From the NCBI GenBank assembly GCA_013815345.1, contig JACDGK010000002.1, forward strand, positions 99,399-163,398: 64,000 nt of DNA. Direction: 5' to 3'. This stretch comes from Patescibacteria group bacterium. GTDB taxonomy: Bacteria > Patescibacteriota > Minisyncoccia > Phycocordibacterales > Phycocordibacteraceae. The position numbers and the translations under genes were made by a program. Within the stretch, counting starts at the first letter, position 1. Every line of letters starts with the position of its first letter. Below are positions 30,167 to 39,579 of this stretch, in pieces. The notes below the pieces were generated by a model, which saw only the letters and a program-made list of their open reading frames with translations, had not been told where the DNA came from and did no database searches.

Positions 30167-32870
30167 ATTTCTTTTTCTTTGCTTTTTTAAGCGCTTTTGC
30201 GAGGTACTCGCCGGTAAAGGAGCCTTCCGTTTCTGCTACTTCTTCCGGCGTACCTTTGGCAATAACCTTGCCACCATGCACGCCCCCCTCAGGGCCGAAG
30301 TCGATTAAATAGTCCGACGACTTTATAACATCGAGGTTGTGTTCAATAACCACGACCGTATTACCGCGTCGCACGAGTTCTTGAAGTATTTCAATAAGTT
30401 TGCGGACATCTTCGTAATGAAGACCCACAGTGGGCTCGTCGAGCAGGTATAACGTTTTCATCGTGATCGGTCGATACAGCTCGGAAGCAATCTTTACGCG
30501 CTGTGCCTCACCTCCCGAAAGTGTTGTGGCACTTTGGCCAAGCGTCAGATACTGCAAGCCAGTCGCGTTCAATGTTTCAAGTCGATCATTAATAGCGGGA
30601 ATATCTTTAAAAAATGTTTCGGCTTCTTCAATGGTCATTTGGAGAATGTCATAAATATTTTTCCCGCGATATGTGACCTCGAGCGTTTCTTTCATAAAAC
30701 GCGTACCATTACACACGTCACATGTTACATATACTGTTGGCAAGAAGTGCATTTCTACTGCAATCACGCCATTTCCCTGACACGCTTCGCAACGACCGCC
30801 GGGGACGTTGAATGAGAAACGTCCAGGCTTCCAGCCTCGGGCGCGAGCTTCAGAGCTCGCGGAAAGTAGATCCCGAATGTGTGTGAACGCTCCCGTATAG
30901 GTAGCAGGGTTCGAACGTGGCGTGCGCCCTATCGCTGACTGATCCATCAGAATGACTCTACCGAGATATTCAGTACCGGTCATTGAGGCTGCATTCACCA
31001 CTTTTGTCTCTCGTTTGCTCATACGTGCGGCGACATTCTTGTGAAGAATGTCGTACAAGAATGTTGACTTACCTGATCCGGAAACACCGGTGATGCACAC
31101 GAGCTTGCCGAGTGGTATATCAATATTTTGATTAACGAGATTATGCAGAGTCGCGCCTCGTATCTTGATCGATCCCTTTTCACTCGTGCGACGCTCTTCA
31201 GGAATAGGAATTTCTTTTTCTCCCCGCAAGTAGGCGAGCGTAACTGAATTACTCTTATTCGTCGGAGCAGTGATCAAATCATCAATCCATCCGGCCGCCA
31301 CAATGTGTCCGCCGTGCACGCCCGCACCAGGACCAATATCCACGATATAGTCTGATGAGAAAATAGTATCTTCATCATGCTCTACGACGAGTATCGTATT
31401 CCCCAACTCTTTCAGCTGAAGCAAAGTCTGGATAAGACGATCATTATCGCGTTGATGAAGACCAATCGTTGGTTCATCGAGTACATACAGCGCACCCACG
31501 AGGCCAGTCCCAAGCTGCGACGCGAGACGAATACGCTGGGCTTCACCACCTGAGAGTGTGGCTGCCGAACGGTTAAGAGTGAGATAGTCGAGACCCACAT
31601 TAAGCATGAAATCGAGACGGTTTTGTATTTCACGTATCATCGGCTGGGCAATCTCCATGCGAAAATCAGACAAGTCAAGTTCGTCCATAAAATCCTTTGC
31701 CTGTCGTATGGAAAGACTGGTGAAGTCCACGATATTCTTTCCAAGGCCGTTGTTATCGTGCGTTTTGTCCTTACCTTTGCCTGACTTTTTGCCTTTTAAA
31801 TATACCCGGAGCGCCTCAGGACGAAGGCGCAAGCCATGACATACGGGACATGGTTCGTCTGAAAAGAAAGACTTCGTACCGAGGCCATTACAGTGTGGAC
31901 AAGCGCCGTAGGGACTGTTGAAAGAAAATAAACGCGGTTCTACCTCAGGAAATGACGTACCATCATCGGGACAAATAAACTTCGAGGAAAGCATTTCGTA
32001 GGTGTCATCCGCATGTTTTATCTTCACAAGCCCGTCGCTTTCCTTTAAGGCGAGCTCCAGGGCCTCTGAAAGTCGCTCGCGGGCTGCATCAGGATTGCGC
32101 ATAAATTCTGAAACAAAGATAGTGTCTACTATCGCCTCAACATCATGCCGTTTGTTGCGATCCATAACGATTTTCTCTCGAAGTGAGTGTGTCTTGCCGT
32201 CTACCACTACTTTCTCAAAACCTTTACCGAGTAGATCATATAAAAGCTGGTAGTATTCCCCCTTCCTCCCGACGACGACTGGTGAGAGTATAGACACGGT
32301 GCTGCGATCAAACTCCACGCCCATGACCTTTCCTGCTGCATCGGTCTTTGGCGATTTCGCTGCAATTTTGTTCGCGATAATCTGTATCATCTCTTCTTTT
32401 GAGAGCTTGCTGATGGCTACATCGTGGTTCACACAGTACGGCTGACCAGCACGTGCGTAGAGCACGCGCAGGTAGTCATATATTTCGGTGACCGTCGCGA
32501 CGGTTGAGCGGGGATTATTCGAGCGGCTTTTCTGGTCGATTGAAATTGCAGGAGAAAGTCCGGTGATTTCGTCGACATCCGGTTTTTGCATCTGATTCAA
32601 GAATTGTCGTGCATACGCAGAGAGCGATTCGATGTAGCGACGCTGTCCCTCAGCGAAAATAGTATCAAAAGCGAGCGAGGATTTTCCGGAGCCGGAAAGT
32701 CCGGTGAGCACCGTCATCACGCCGCGCGGCAGATCGACCGATATATTCTTTAAGTTATGCGTACGGGCTCCTTTCACGCTGATCCAGTCAGCGCCTTGAT
32801 GTTGCTCATGCGAACTTGTTTTCTTTGGCGTAATTTTTTCTTTTTTTATCTTTTCGGGCAGGTTTGGCAT
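30165..32870 (-). CDS. uvrA: Excinuclease ABC subunit A
   Basis: Two ABC cassettes ([13 protein letters not shown]), [10 protein letters not shown]. Confidence 0.98.
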   Translation of the reverse strand: MPNLPEKIKKEKITPKKTSSHEQHQGADWISVKGARTHNLKNISVDLPRGVMTVLTGLSGSGKSSLAFDTIFAEGQRRYIESLSAYARQFLNQMQKPDVDEITGLSPAISIDQKSRSNNPRSTVATVTEIYDYLRVLYARAGQPYCVNHDVAISKLSKEEMIQIIANKIAAKSPKTDAAGKVMGVEFDRSTVSILSPVVVGRKGEYYQLLYDLLGKGFEKVVVDGKTHSLREKIVMDRNKRHDVEAIVDTIFVSEFMRNPDAARERLSEALELALKESDGLVKIKHADDTYEMLSSKFICPDDGTSFPEVEPRLFSFNSPYGACPHCNGLGTKSFFSDEPCPVCHGLRLRPEALRVYLKGKKSGKGKDKTHDNNGLGKNIVDFTSLSIRQAKDFMDELDLSDFRMEIAQPMIREIQNRLDFMLNVGLDYLTLNRSAATLSGGEAQRIRLASQLGTGLVGALYVLDEPTIGLHQRDNDRLIQTLLQLKELGNTILVVEHDEDTIFSSDYIVDIGPGAGVHGGHIVAAGWIDDLITAPTNKSNSVTLAYLRGEKEIPIPEERRTSEKGSIKIRGATLHNLVNQNIDIPLGKLVCITGVSGSGKSTFLYDILHKNVAARMSKRETKVVNAASMTGTEYLGRVILMDQSAIGRTPRSNPATYTGAFTHIRDLLSASSEARARGWKPGRFSFNVPGGRCEACQGNGVIAVEMHFLPTVYVTCDVCNGTRFMKETLEVTYRGKNIYDILQMTIEEAETFFKDIPAINDRLETLNATGLQYLTLGQSATTLSGGEAQRVKIASELYRPITMKTLYLLDEPTVGLHYEDVRKLIEILQELVRRGNTVVVIEHNLDVIKSSDYLIDFGPEGGVHGGKVIAKGTPEEVAETEGSFTGEYLAKALKKAKKKK

Positions 32871-32954
32871 GTCGTGATACTCAAATGCCCGGCCCTTGGC
32901 GGGACCGGTACCTATGCAGTATACGCTTCTTTTCGTGAGTTGCGAAGCAAGCTC

Positions 32955-33332
32955 CTAGTGCACGAGCATTGTTTGAATTTTGGCGACGATTTCTTCGATT
33001 GAAACTTCGGCTTTCACTAGGTAGTCAGTCGCTCCTAAGGTTTTCGCACGTTCTTTGTCTTTTTCTTGACCCAGATTTGATACAACGAGTATGGGAACGT
33101 TTTTCAATGTATCGGTACGTTTACGAATTGTTTCGAGTACCGCGAACCCATCCATGGTGGGCAACATGAGATCGAGCAACACGACTGCAGGCTTGTATTG
33201 ATCGAAAAAGGCCAATGCTTCATTACCATCGCTTGCGTACAAAGTCTGATATTTCCCTGCAAATGTATGCCCAAGCAAGTTTTTTAGTATGGGGTCATCC
33301 TCAACTACGAGGATAAAGGTAGTGTCGGTCAT
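32955..33332 (-). CDS. Single-domain response regulator
   Basis: VEDD, LLDLMLP, YLVK receiver motifs. Confidence 0.92.
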   Translation of the reverse strand: MTDTTFILVVEDDPILKNLLGHTFAGKYQTLYASDGNEALAFFDQYKPAVVLLDLMLPTMDGFAVLETIRKRTDTLKNVPILVVSNLGQEKDKERAKTLGATDYLVKAEVSIEEIVAKIQTMLVH

Positions 33333-33349
33333 AAGCGAATTATAGCAAA

Positions 33350-34444
33350 TTATACCACTGGCAGAGTAAGCTCAAAGGTCGTGCCAGGACCCTCAGTATT
33401 GGCCGCAAAAGTGAGGTCACCCCCATGATCGGTGACAATGGTGCGAGCGATATAGAGACCGAGCCCGTTACCTTGATTTTCTTTTGCAATGGCATTCCCA
33501 GCTCGATAAAAACGTTCAAAGATGTTGTTTCGATCCTGGGGAGAAATGCCTATACCAGTGTCCTGCACCCGAATAACGACTATGGTTCTCTCCATTTCAG
33601 AACGAATCTTCACAGTGCCTTCCGCGGGTGTATACCGCAAGGCATTTTCAATAAGGTTATTAAGTACCCATTTAATGCGTTCCCGATCTGCACGAACCAT
33701 GGGCAACGATATTTGAGGAGCTTCATAGTACAGATTCACTTTATTTTTTTGTGCCAATACTGTAAAGTCTCGCACCACTTCTGCAAGTAGCAGTGCGACG
33801 TCAGTTGGTGCAAACGTATATTTATACTTACCGGATTCAATACTCGAGATATCAAGAAGAGTACCTACAATAGCTACCAGATCGTGACTTTTGTCCACCG
33901 CACTTTTTACTAACACTGCTTGATCTTCGGTCAAATTTTCTAATTGTAACGCTTCCAGTGCCCAGCGAATCCCCGTAAGGGGCGTGCGCAACTGATGGGC
34001 TGCAGTGGAAATAAAGTCAGACTTCACTCGTGAGATCTCCATATCACGCGTATGAACTTTTTCGATACTATCGGTAAATCGAAGAAACACATGAGTAAGC
34101 GAGCGGATCTCTGCCATAGAGGAATTAAGGGTGGTAAGCGGCAATTGTGTGTTATGAGCAGCAAACTCATCCATGGCTGCTGCGATCATTTGAAAAGGCC
34201 GAATAGCTATTCGATCAAGAATTAAGAATAGAAAAAGAAAAATCAGTAAGATGAATGTGAAAATTGAGCTCGCTTTAAGCAGCGCTCCGCTCGAAACTAC
34301 CAATGTTTGACCGGCCAGTGAGAAGACAAATGGCGTCGAATGAATGAAATCCTGCACATGGAGCTGATTGAAAAAAAAGATAAACGCGAATATGAGGATC
34401 GAGGATACTCCAAAAAGAGAGATGAGGAGGGCGCGGAGACTCAT
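33350..34444 (-). CDS. Membrane sensor histidine kinase
   Basis: Two TM helices, HAMP-like linker, AAHQLRTPL, N/G1/F/G2 boxes. Confidence 0.93.
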   Translation of the reverse strand: MSLRALLISLFGVSSILIFAFIFFFNQLHVQDFIHSTPFVFSLAGQTLVVSSGALLKASSIFTFILLIFLFLFLILDRIAIRPFQMIAAAMDEFAAHNTQLPLTTLNSSMAEIRSLTHVFLRFTDSIEKVHTRDMEISRVKSDFISTAAHQLRTPLTGIRWALEALQLENLTEDQAVLVKSAVDKSHDLVAIVGTLLDISSIESGKYKYTFAPTDVALLLAEVVRDFTVLAQKNKVNLYYEAPQISLPMVRADRERIKWVLNNLIENALRYTPAEGTVKIRSEMERTIVVIRVQDTGIGISPQDRNNIFERFYRAGNAIAKENQGNGLGLYIARTIVTDHGGDLTFAANTEGPGTTFELTLPVV

Positions 34445-34474
34445 AGCTTTATACTATCATTCGTTTTGTGTAGG

Positions 34475-36535
34475 TTATTTCTTTCTGCCTCGGGTGCGAG
34501 TCTTTTTTGTAGGTACCTCTTTTCCCTCGAGAGTGAGGATTTCGTCTCGTATTATCGCTGCCGTTTCAAAGTCCAATTCTTCGACTGCATTTGCCATTTG
34601 ATGACGCTTTTCTTTGAGAAATGTTTCCGGATCTTCTTTATACAAGCGAGCATCCAGCGTGAGCAAAGATTCCACTGTTTTCTGATGCTCACTTCTGAGA
34701 GATTCTGCGATGTCACGAATCTCTTTCTTAATGGTAAGCGGGGTGATACCGTGCTTTTTATTGTACGCAAGCTGAATAGCACGGCGACGATTCGTCTCGC
34801 CGATGGCGCGCTCAAGCGAACCGGTCATATTATCCGCATAGAGGATAACTACCCCGAGTACGTTTCGCGCAGCTCGACCTATAGTCTGAATGAGTGAAGT
34901 CTCAGAACGCAAAAAACCTTCTTTATCAGCATCAAGAATGCCAACTAGCTCGACTTCCGGTAGATCCAGACCTTCACGCAAAAGATTTACTCCTACAAGG
35001 ATATCGAAGACTCCTTTGCGAAAATCAGTGAGAATAAGAATTCGATCAATGGTTTTAATATCGCTATGTAAATATTCGGCCTTTATTCCCTTTTCTCGCA
35101 AGAAACTAGAAAGATCTTCAGCCATCTGCTTGGTGAGAGTGGTGGCGAGCGCACGACCGCCTCGTTTGATAACAATATCTGCCTCGTTAATAAAATCAGC
35201 TACCTGACCTTTGTACGTATCGCTTCCCACAATAGGCCGTATGGAGAGTTCAGGATCGATCAGACCTGTTGGACGAATTATCTGCTCGACAATTTGGCCT
35301 TTCGGCGGCACACTGTGCTCGCGTTCAAACACACCTGGCGTTGCTGAGGTGAATATGACTTGCCCGATTCGTTCTTCGAATTCGTCAAACTTAAGTGGGC
35401 GATTGTCGCGTGCTGAGGGCAAACGGAATCCGTGCTCCACCAACACATCTTTCCGCGACCTATCACCCGCGTACATGCCGCCGATTTGGGAGACAGTAAC
35501 GTGCGACTCATCTAGCACCGTGAGAAAATCAGCCGAACCGTCTTTGTTGTGAGGAAAATAGGAGAGAAGTGTGTGAGGAGCTTCGCCAGGAGCGCGACCA
35601 TCGAAATGCCGTGAGTAATTCTCAATGCCGTTGGTATAACCGACTTCGCGAATCATCGCGAGGTCATGTTGAGTGCGTCGTTTCAGGCGCTCGGATTCTA
35701 AAAGTTTTTCTTCTCTTTTAAACTGGCCCAATCGCTCATCAAGTTCTGCTTGGATATCGGCGATAGCTCTCTTACGCTCGTCTTCATTGGTCACAAAATG
35801 CTTGGCAGGAAATACGAATATTGAGTCCGGCTCAGCTACTTTTGCCCGAGACACGGGATCGAGCTGTTCGATCGTTGCGATATGTGAACCATCAAACGTA
35901 ATACGGTAAATTGCCCGCTCGTTGACCGGCATGAATTCCACTGCGTTCCCCACCGCTCGAATTTGGCCTGGCGAAAGATCAGCATTGGTTCGTTCAAAAT
36001 AAATACCGATAAACTTACGAATGAGAGCAGAACGGTTCTCTTCCCCGCCTTTCAAAAGCTTTACGTGCACCTTCTCATAGTTTGCCGGCGAACCAAGGCC
36101 ATAAATAGCAGAGACTGAGGCCACAATAATCACATCCTTACGGGTTAAGAGCGCCTGCGTCGCGGCATGCCGAAGTCGATCGATTTCCGCGTTAATTTGT
36201 GCCTCTTTTTCAATATACGTATCGGAATGTGCGATGTAGGCCTCTGGCTGGTAGTAGTCGTAATAAGAAACGAAATAATGAACTTGATTTTCAGGAAAAA
36301 ACTCTCGATATTCCTGCGCCAGCTGCGCCGCGAGTGTTTTGTTATGCGCCATCACGAGCGTCGGTTTCTGAATATTGTTAATGACATTCGCGATCGTGTA
36401 GGTCTTTCCCGAACCAGTCACTCCAAGAAGCGTTTGATATTCCAGACCGTCGTTGACTCCTTTAGTGAGTTTTTCTATGGCTTTTGGCTGATCACCGTTT
36501 GGCGGAAAGGGTGAGTGGAGTTTGAAATTACCCAT
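34475..36535 (-). CDS. uvrB: Excinuclease ABC subunit B
   Basis: GVTGSGKT, YYDYYQPEAY, GIENYSRH, QTIGRAARN. Confidence 0.98.
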   Translation of the reverse strand: MGNFKLHSPFPPNGDQPKAIEKLTKGVNDGLEYQTLLGVTGSGKTYTIANVINNIQKPTLVMAHNKTLAAQLAQEYREFFPENQVHYFVSYYDYYQPEAYIAHSDTYIEKEAQINAEIDRLRHAATQALLTRKDVIIVASVSAIYGLGSPANYEKVHVKLLKGGEENRSALIRKFIGIYFERTNADLSPGQIRAVGNAVEFMPVNERAIYRITFDGSHIATIEQLDPVSRAKVAEPDSIFVFPAKHFVTNEDERKRAIADIQAELDERLGQFKREEKLLESERLKRRTQHDLAMIREVGYTNGIENYSRHFDGRAPGEAPHTLLSYFPHNKDGSADFLTVLDESHVTVSQIGGMYAGDRSRKDVLVEHGFRLPSARDNRPLKFDEFEERIGQVIFTSATPGVFEREHSVPPKGQIVEQIIRPTGLIDPELSIRPIVGSDTYKGQVADFINEADIVIKRGGRALATTLTKQMAEDLSSFLREKGIKAEYLHSDIKTIDRILILTDFRKGVFDILVGVNLLREGLDLPEVELVGILDADKEGFLRSETSLIQTIGRAARNVLGVVILYADNMTGSLERAIGETNRRRAIQLAYNKKHGITPLTIKKEIRDIAESLRSEHQKTVESLLTLDARLYKEDPETFLKEKRHQMANAVEELDFETAAIIRDEILTLEGKEVPTKKTRTRGRKK

Positions 36536-37838
36536 AATAGTCTAGTATAAAGCCTTCTCTATATTCTGCGAATCGATTATGTAAAATTGCTTCACGCGCG
36601 CCATCAACAAGACGAATGATAAAGCCGAGATTGTGCATTGAGGCAATTACCTGCCCAAGGAGCTCATGGGAACGCAAAAGGTGTGAGACGTATGCGCGGG
36701 TGAATCCTTCAGTTCCGGGAATGATGGTTTCTGGATCTAAAGACGTGAAGTCATTCGTAAATTTTTCATTGGTAAGATTCAAATTGCCTCGACGAGTATA
36801 AATAGTGCCGTGACGACCGAGGCGCGTCGCCGCCACACAGTCGAAAAGATCGATGCCTTCGGCGATACCCGTAAGAATGTCGCCAGGTTCACCGATACCA
36901 AGAAAGTGCCGTGGCTTCCCTTCGGGCAATTCTTTAATCGCTGCTTGCAAAGCTCCTTCCATATCTTCTTTGCTAAAAGAGCCGCCAATGCCGAAGCCAT
37001 CGAAGTCCATTGAGGCTATTTCTTTTGCGCTTTCGCTCCGCAAATTCTCATGGCGACCTCCTTGTACAATGCCAAATATCGCCTGTTTTCTGTTTGCGTC
37101 TATATTTTGCCGGTGGGCTTTCAAAGAACGTTGTGCCCAGCGATGCGTACGATCCATTGCTTCTTTTTGATACTCATAGGGCTCAGTGGGGGCGGTGCAT
37201 TCATCAAAAGCAAAGAACATATCAGCGCCGAGCGCATGCTGTATCTCAATAGATCGCTCGGGGGTAAAACGATGGAGAGAACCGTCGAGATGCGAAGTAA
37301 AGGTAACGCCTTCGTCGTCGATAATGGCGAGCTGACCATGTTTTGACTGCACATCTTCGTCATACGTGGTGAGGCGCTGATTTTCTTGCTGGTCGTGAGC
37401 GAGTTCTTCGCCTTTGGCGATCTTGGTGATGGTGCGGCCGAAGGCCGCACCGAGCGAGAACACTTGAAAACCACCGGAGTCGGTCATTGTTGGTAGGTAG
37501 GAAACATCATCGACTGGTGAATTGTTATTATCTAACTCATGACGTGTTACTTGTTTCCAATCCATAAACGTTGCAAGACCTCCTGCGGCCTCCACTACTT
37601 TTTCTCCCGGCTGCAGATACAAATGATAGGTATTGGCAAGTACCACTTGGGCACCAATTTTTTGAAGAAGCTCAGGTAAAATTCCCTTGACACTCGCCCG
37701 TGTGCCGACCGGCACGAATGCGGGTGTTTGTATGACACCATGGGGAGTCGTGAGCACAGCAGCACGCGCCGTTCCGGCGCGTGCTGCTACAGCCGCAGAC
37801 TTCTCGCTCGTCTGAATTGAAAAGGAAAAATCAGTCAT
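36528..37838 (-). CDS. tgt: tRNA-guanine transglycosylase
   Basis: TPAFVPVGT, NTYHL, DSGGFQ, FDEC, GIVQGG, DLFDCV. Confidence 0.95.
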   Translation of the reverse strand: MTDFSFSIQTSEKSAAVAARAGTARAAVLTTPHGVIQTPAFVPVGTRASVKGILPELLQKIGAQVVLANTYHLYLQPGEKVVEAAGGLATFMDWKQVTRHELDNNNSPVDDVSYLPTMTDSGGFQVFSLGAAFGRTITKIAKGEELAHDQQENQRLTTYDEDVQSKHGQLAIIDDEGVTFTSHLDGSLHRFTPERSIEIQHALGADMFFAFDECTAPTEPYEYQKEAMDRTHRWAQRSLKAHRQNIDANRKQAIFGIVQGGRHENLRSESAKEIASMDFDGFGIGGSFSKEDMEGALQAAIKELPEGKPRHFLGIGEPGDILTGIAEGIDLFDCVAATRLGRHGTIYTRRGNLNLTNEKFTNDFTSLDPETIIPGTEGFTRAYVSHLLRSHELLGQVIASMHNLGFIIRLVDGAREAILHNRFAEYREGFILDYYG

Positions 37839-37915
37839 ACGATCATACAATTTCTATATATTTCCAGCCTACAGGCCGACCGAATTCTAGCAAGTAATCA
37901 AGAACTAGAGGGGAC

Positions 37916-37944
37916 TTGACAGGAATCAACTGCCATGCTATAAG
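37916..37944 (+). promoter_or_regulatory. Sigma70 promoter of the orphan lipoprotein gene
   Basis: TTGACA-17bp-TATAAG with TG extension. Confidence 0.7.
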
Positions 37945-38028
37945 GTATGCAGAGAGCTCTTTTCATCAGGGCCTCCCCCATCAACCACTGCGGCTCACTA
38001 CGTGACCCGCTCATCTGGAGATAACATC

Positions 38029-38592
38029 ATGAAGAGTCTGATTTTGCGTGTTTGCGCGCTTCTGGCCACCTCGGCGAGCCTCACGGCTTGCATGACCGTC
38101 AACGCCTACAAAGGCGTTCCGATGGGAAACTACACTCGGGGGTCGGAAGTTCTGACGCCCGCGAAGATCGCCGACCAAAACGGAAGGGTTCTCCCACGGT
38201 GCAAACTGTGGGCGAAGGAAACCACTCCCTCTCCCGGCAAGCTCGGCGCCGCTATGGCCTTCAATCACGCCCAAGCGGGATTCATCGGCGGAGCCGGTGG
38301 CTATGCTTCCAATGTCGCCATCGTCGGTGCCGCTCTGAATCCTCTGTCGATAGCGGGTGTGGGTGTCGCCAATGCGATCAATGCCGGAGCACAGTCCTAC
38401 GTGTCCGGCAAAGAAAGCGTCTACGCTCAACGCTTCAGTGGGGCGAAGTACTGCCTCATCATGGACATCAACGGCACCCATGCCGTTCCGCCGTCGGAAG
38501 CGAAGCGGATCACCAATGGTCAACAGGCGCCCACGTCCTACGGGGCGCCGGCCGAATGGGGCTCGTCCGCCGTCGTCCCTCCGCCGTCCTAA
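38029..38592 (+). CDS. Predicted lipoprotein with a Gly/Ala-rich hydrophobic core
   Basis: GGAG SD; MKSLILRVCALLATSASLTAC ends in a lipobox; GC-rich codon usage. Confidence 0.7.
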   Translation: MKSLILRVCALLATSASLTACMTVNAYKGVPMGNYTRGSEVLTPAKIADQNGRVLPRCKLWAKETTPSPGKLGAAMAFNHAQAGFIGGAGGYASNVAIVGAALNPLSIAGVGVANAINAGAQSYVSGKESVYAQRFSGAKYCLIMDINGTHAVPPSEAKRITNGQQAPTSYGAPAEWGSSAVVPPPS

Positions 38593-38620
38593 CTCTTCAC
38601 TGAGTAAGGACCAAAACACC

Positions 38621-38659
38621 TCGCCTGCAGCATTCTACATGCTGCAGGCGATTCTTTTT
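38621..38659. terminator. Intrinsic terminator
   Basis: TCGCCTGCAGCAT/ATGCTGCAGGCGA followed by a T-rich tail. Confidence 0.8.
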
Positions 38660-38666
38660 ATATACC

Positions 38667-39239
38667 TTAAGGTGTCTGAACGTTTACAAGCTCGACATCA
38701 AACACGAGCGTCGAATTCGCTGGGATCGGTCCTGTCGCCTGTGCGCCGTAGCCTAGAGAGGCGGGAATGATGAGCTCACGCTTTCCTCCTACTTTCATAC
38801 CCGCGACACCTTCGTCCCATCCTTTTATGACTTGTCCCGCTCCCAGAGTAAATGTAAATCCCTGCGAACCGTGATTTGCAGAAGCATCAAATACGCTGCC
38901 ATCAGTGAGCATGCCGACATACTGCACGGTGACCTTGTCACCTGCTTTCGCAACTGCTCCCGTTCCCACTGTCTTGTCAGCCACCATAAGCTGCGTAACA
39001 TTCTGAGGAATTTGAGAGGTAGTGGAAGTCGCATTTGGAGTGCCCGGAACACCTGCGACAGCTCCTGTCGCTGACACTGAATTAGTATCTTGCATAACTG
39101 TTGTGGTTGAGGTTGATGAAGCGGTTAAAGATGGATTTTTGCTGGTGAATGGTGCAAATATTTGTGGCCCAAAAAATAGAAGACCTATTGCAACGATGAC
39201 CGCAGCAGCGACGGCAATTCCGGTGGCAGTAACATTCAT
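38667..39239 (-). CDS. Membrane-anchored FKBP-type peptidyl-prolyl isomerase
   Basis: VTVQYVG, FDAS, VIKGWDEG, LGYG, IPANSTLVFDVEL. Confidence 0.95.
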   Translation of the reverse strand: MNVTATGIAVAAAVIVAIGLLFFGPQIFAPFTSKNPSLTASSTSTTTVMQDTNSVSATGAVAGVPGTPNATSTTSQIPQNVTQLMVADKTVGTGAVAKAGDKVTVQYVGMLTDGSVFDASANHGSQGFTFTLGAGQVIKGWDEGVAGMKVGGKRELIIPASLGYGAQATGPIPANSTLVFDVELVNVQTP

Positions 39240-39261
39240 ACGTGGTTAGTTATGGCTAGTA

Positions 39262-39564
39262 TTACGTGGTCACCGCTAGTATATCATCTGTAAGTTCAGC
39301 AAGTGTCTCGGTGACGGCGCTGTCTGCATCGGGCACATTCTTCTGTATAAAAGCTTCCATGACATCTTCAGAGGGGTCGGTAGCAAGGAGCGAATCGAAT
39401 TCCTCTCGTATTCGTGCTGGCATACGTTCGATAAGTCGTATGAGCGTACCTTTGAAGACGAGATCATTGAGATCAAGCAAAATTTCTTCCTGCTCCTCTG
39501 GCTCAAGCTCACTTAGATTAAGAGCGTCCAATATTTTTGTGTAAGTGGTGGAGTCAGTAGACAT
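39262..39564 (-). CDS. Small acidic helical protein (DUF5663-like)
   Basis: LNLSELEPEEQEEIL pattern typical of this CPR family. Confidence 0.6.
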   Translation of the reverse strand: MSTDSTTYTKILDALNLSELEPEEQEEILLDLNDLVFKGTLIRLIERMPARIREEFDSLLATDPSEDVMEAFIQKNVPDADSAVTETLAELTDDILAVTT

Positions 39565-39579
39565 ACAAATAGAGTAGCA

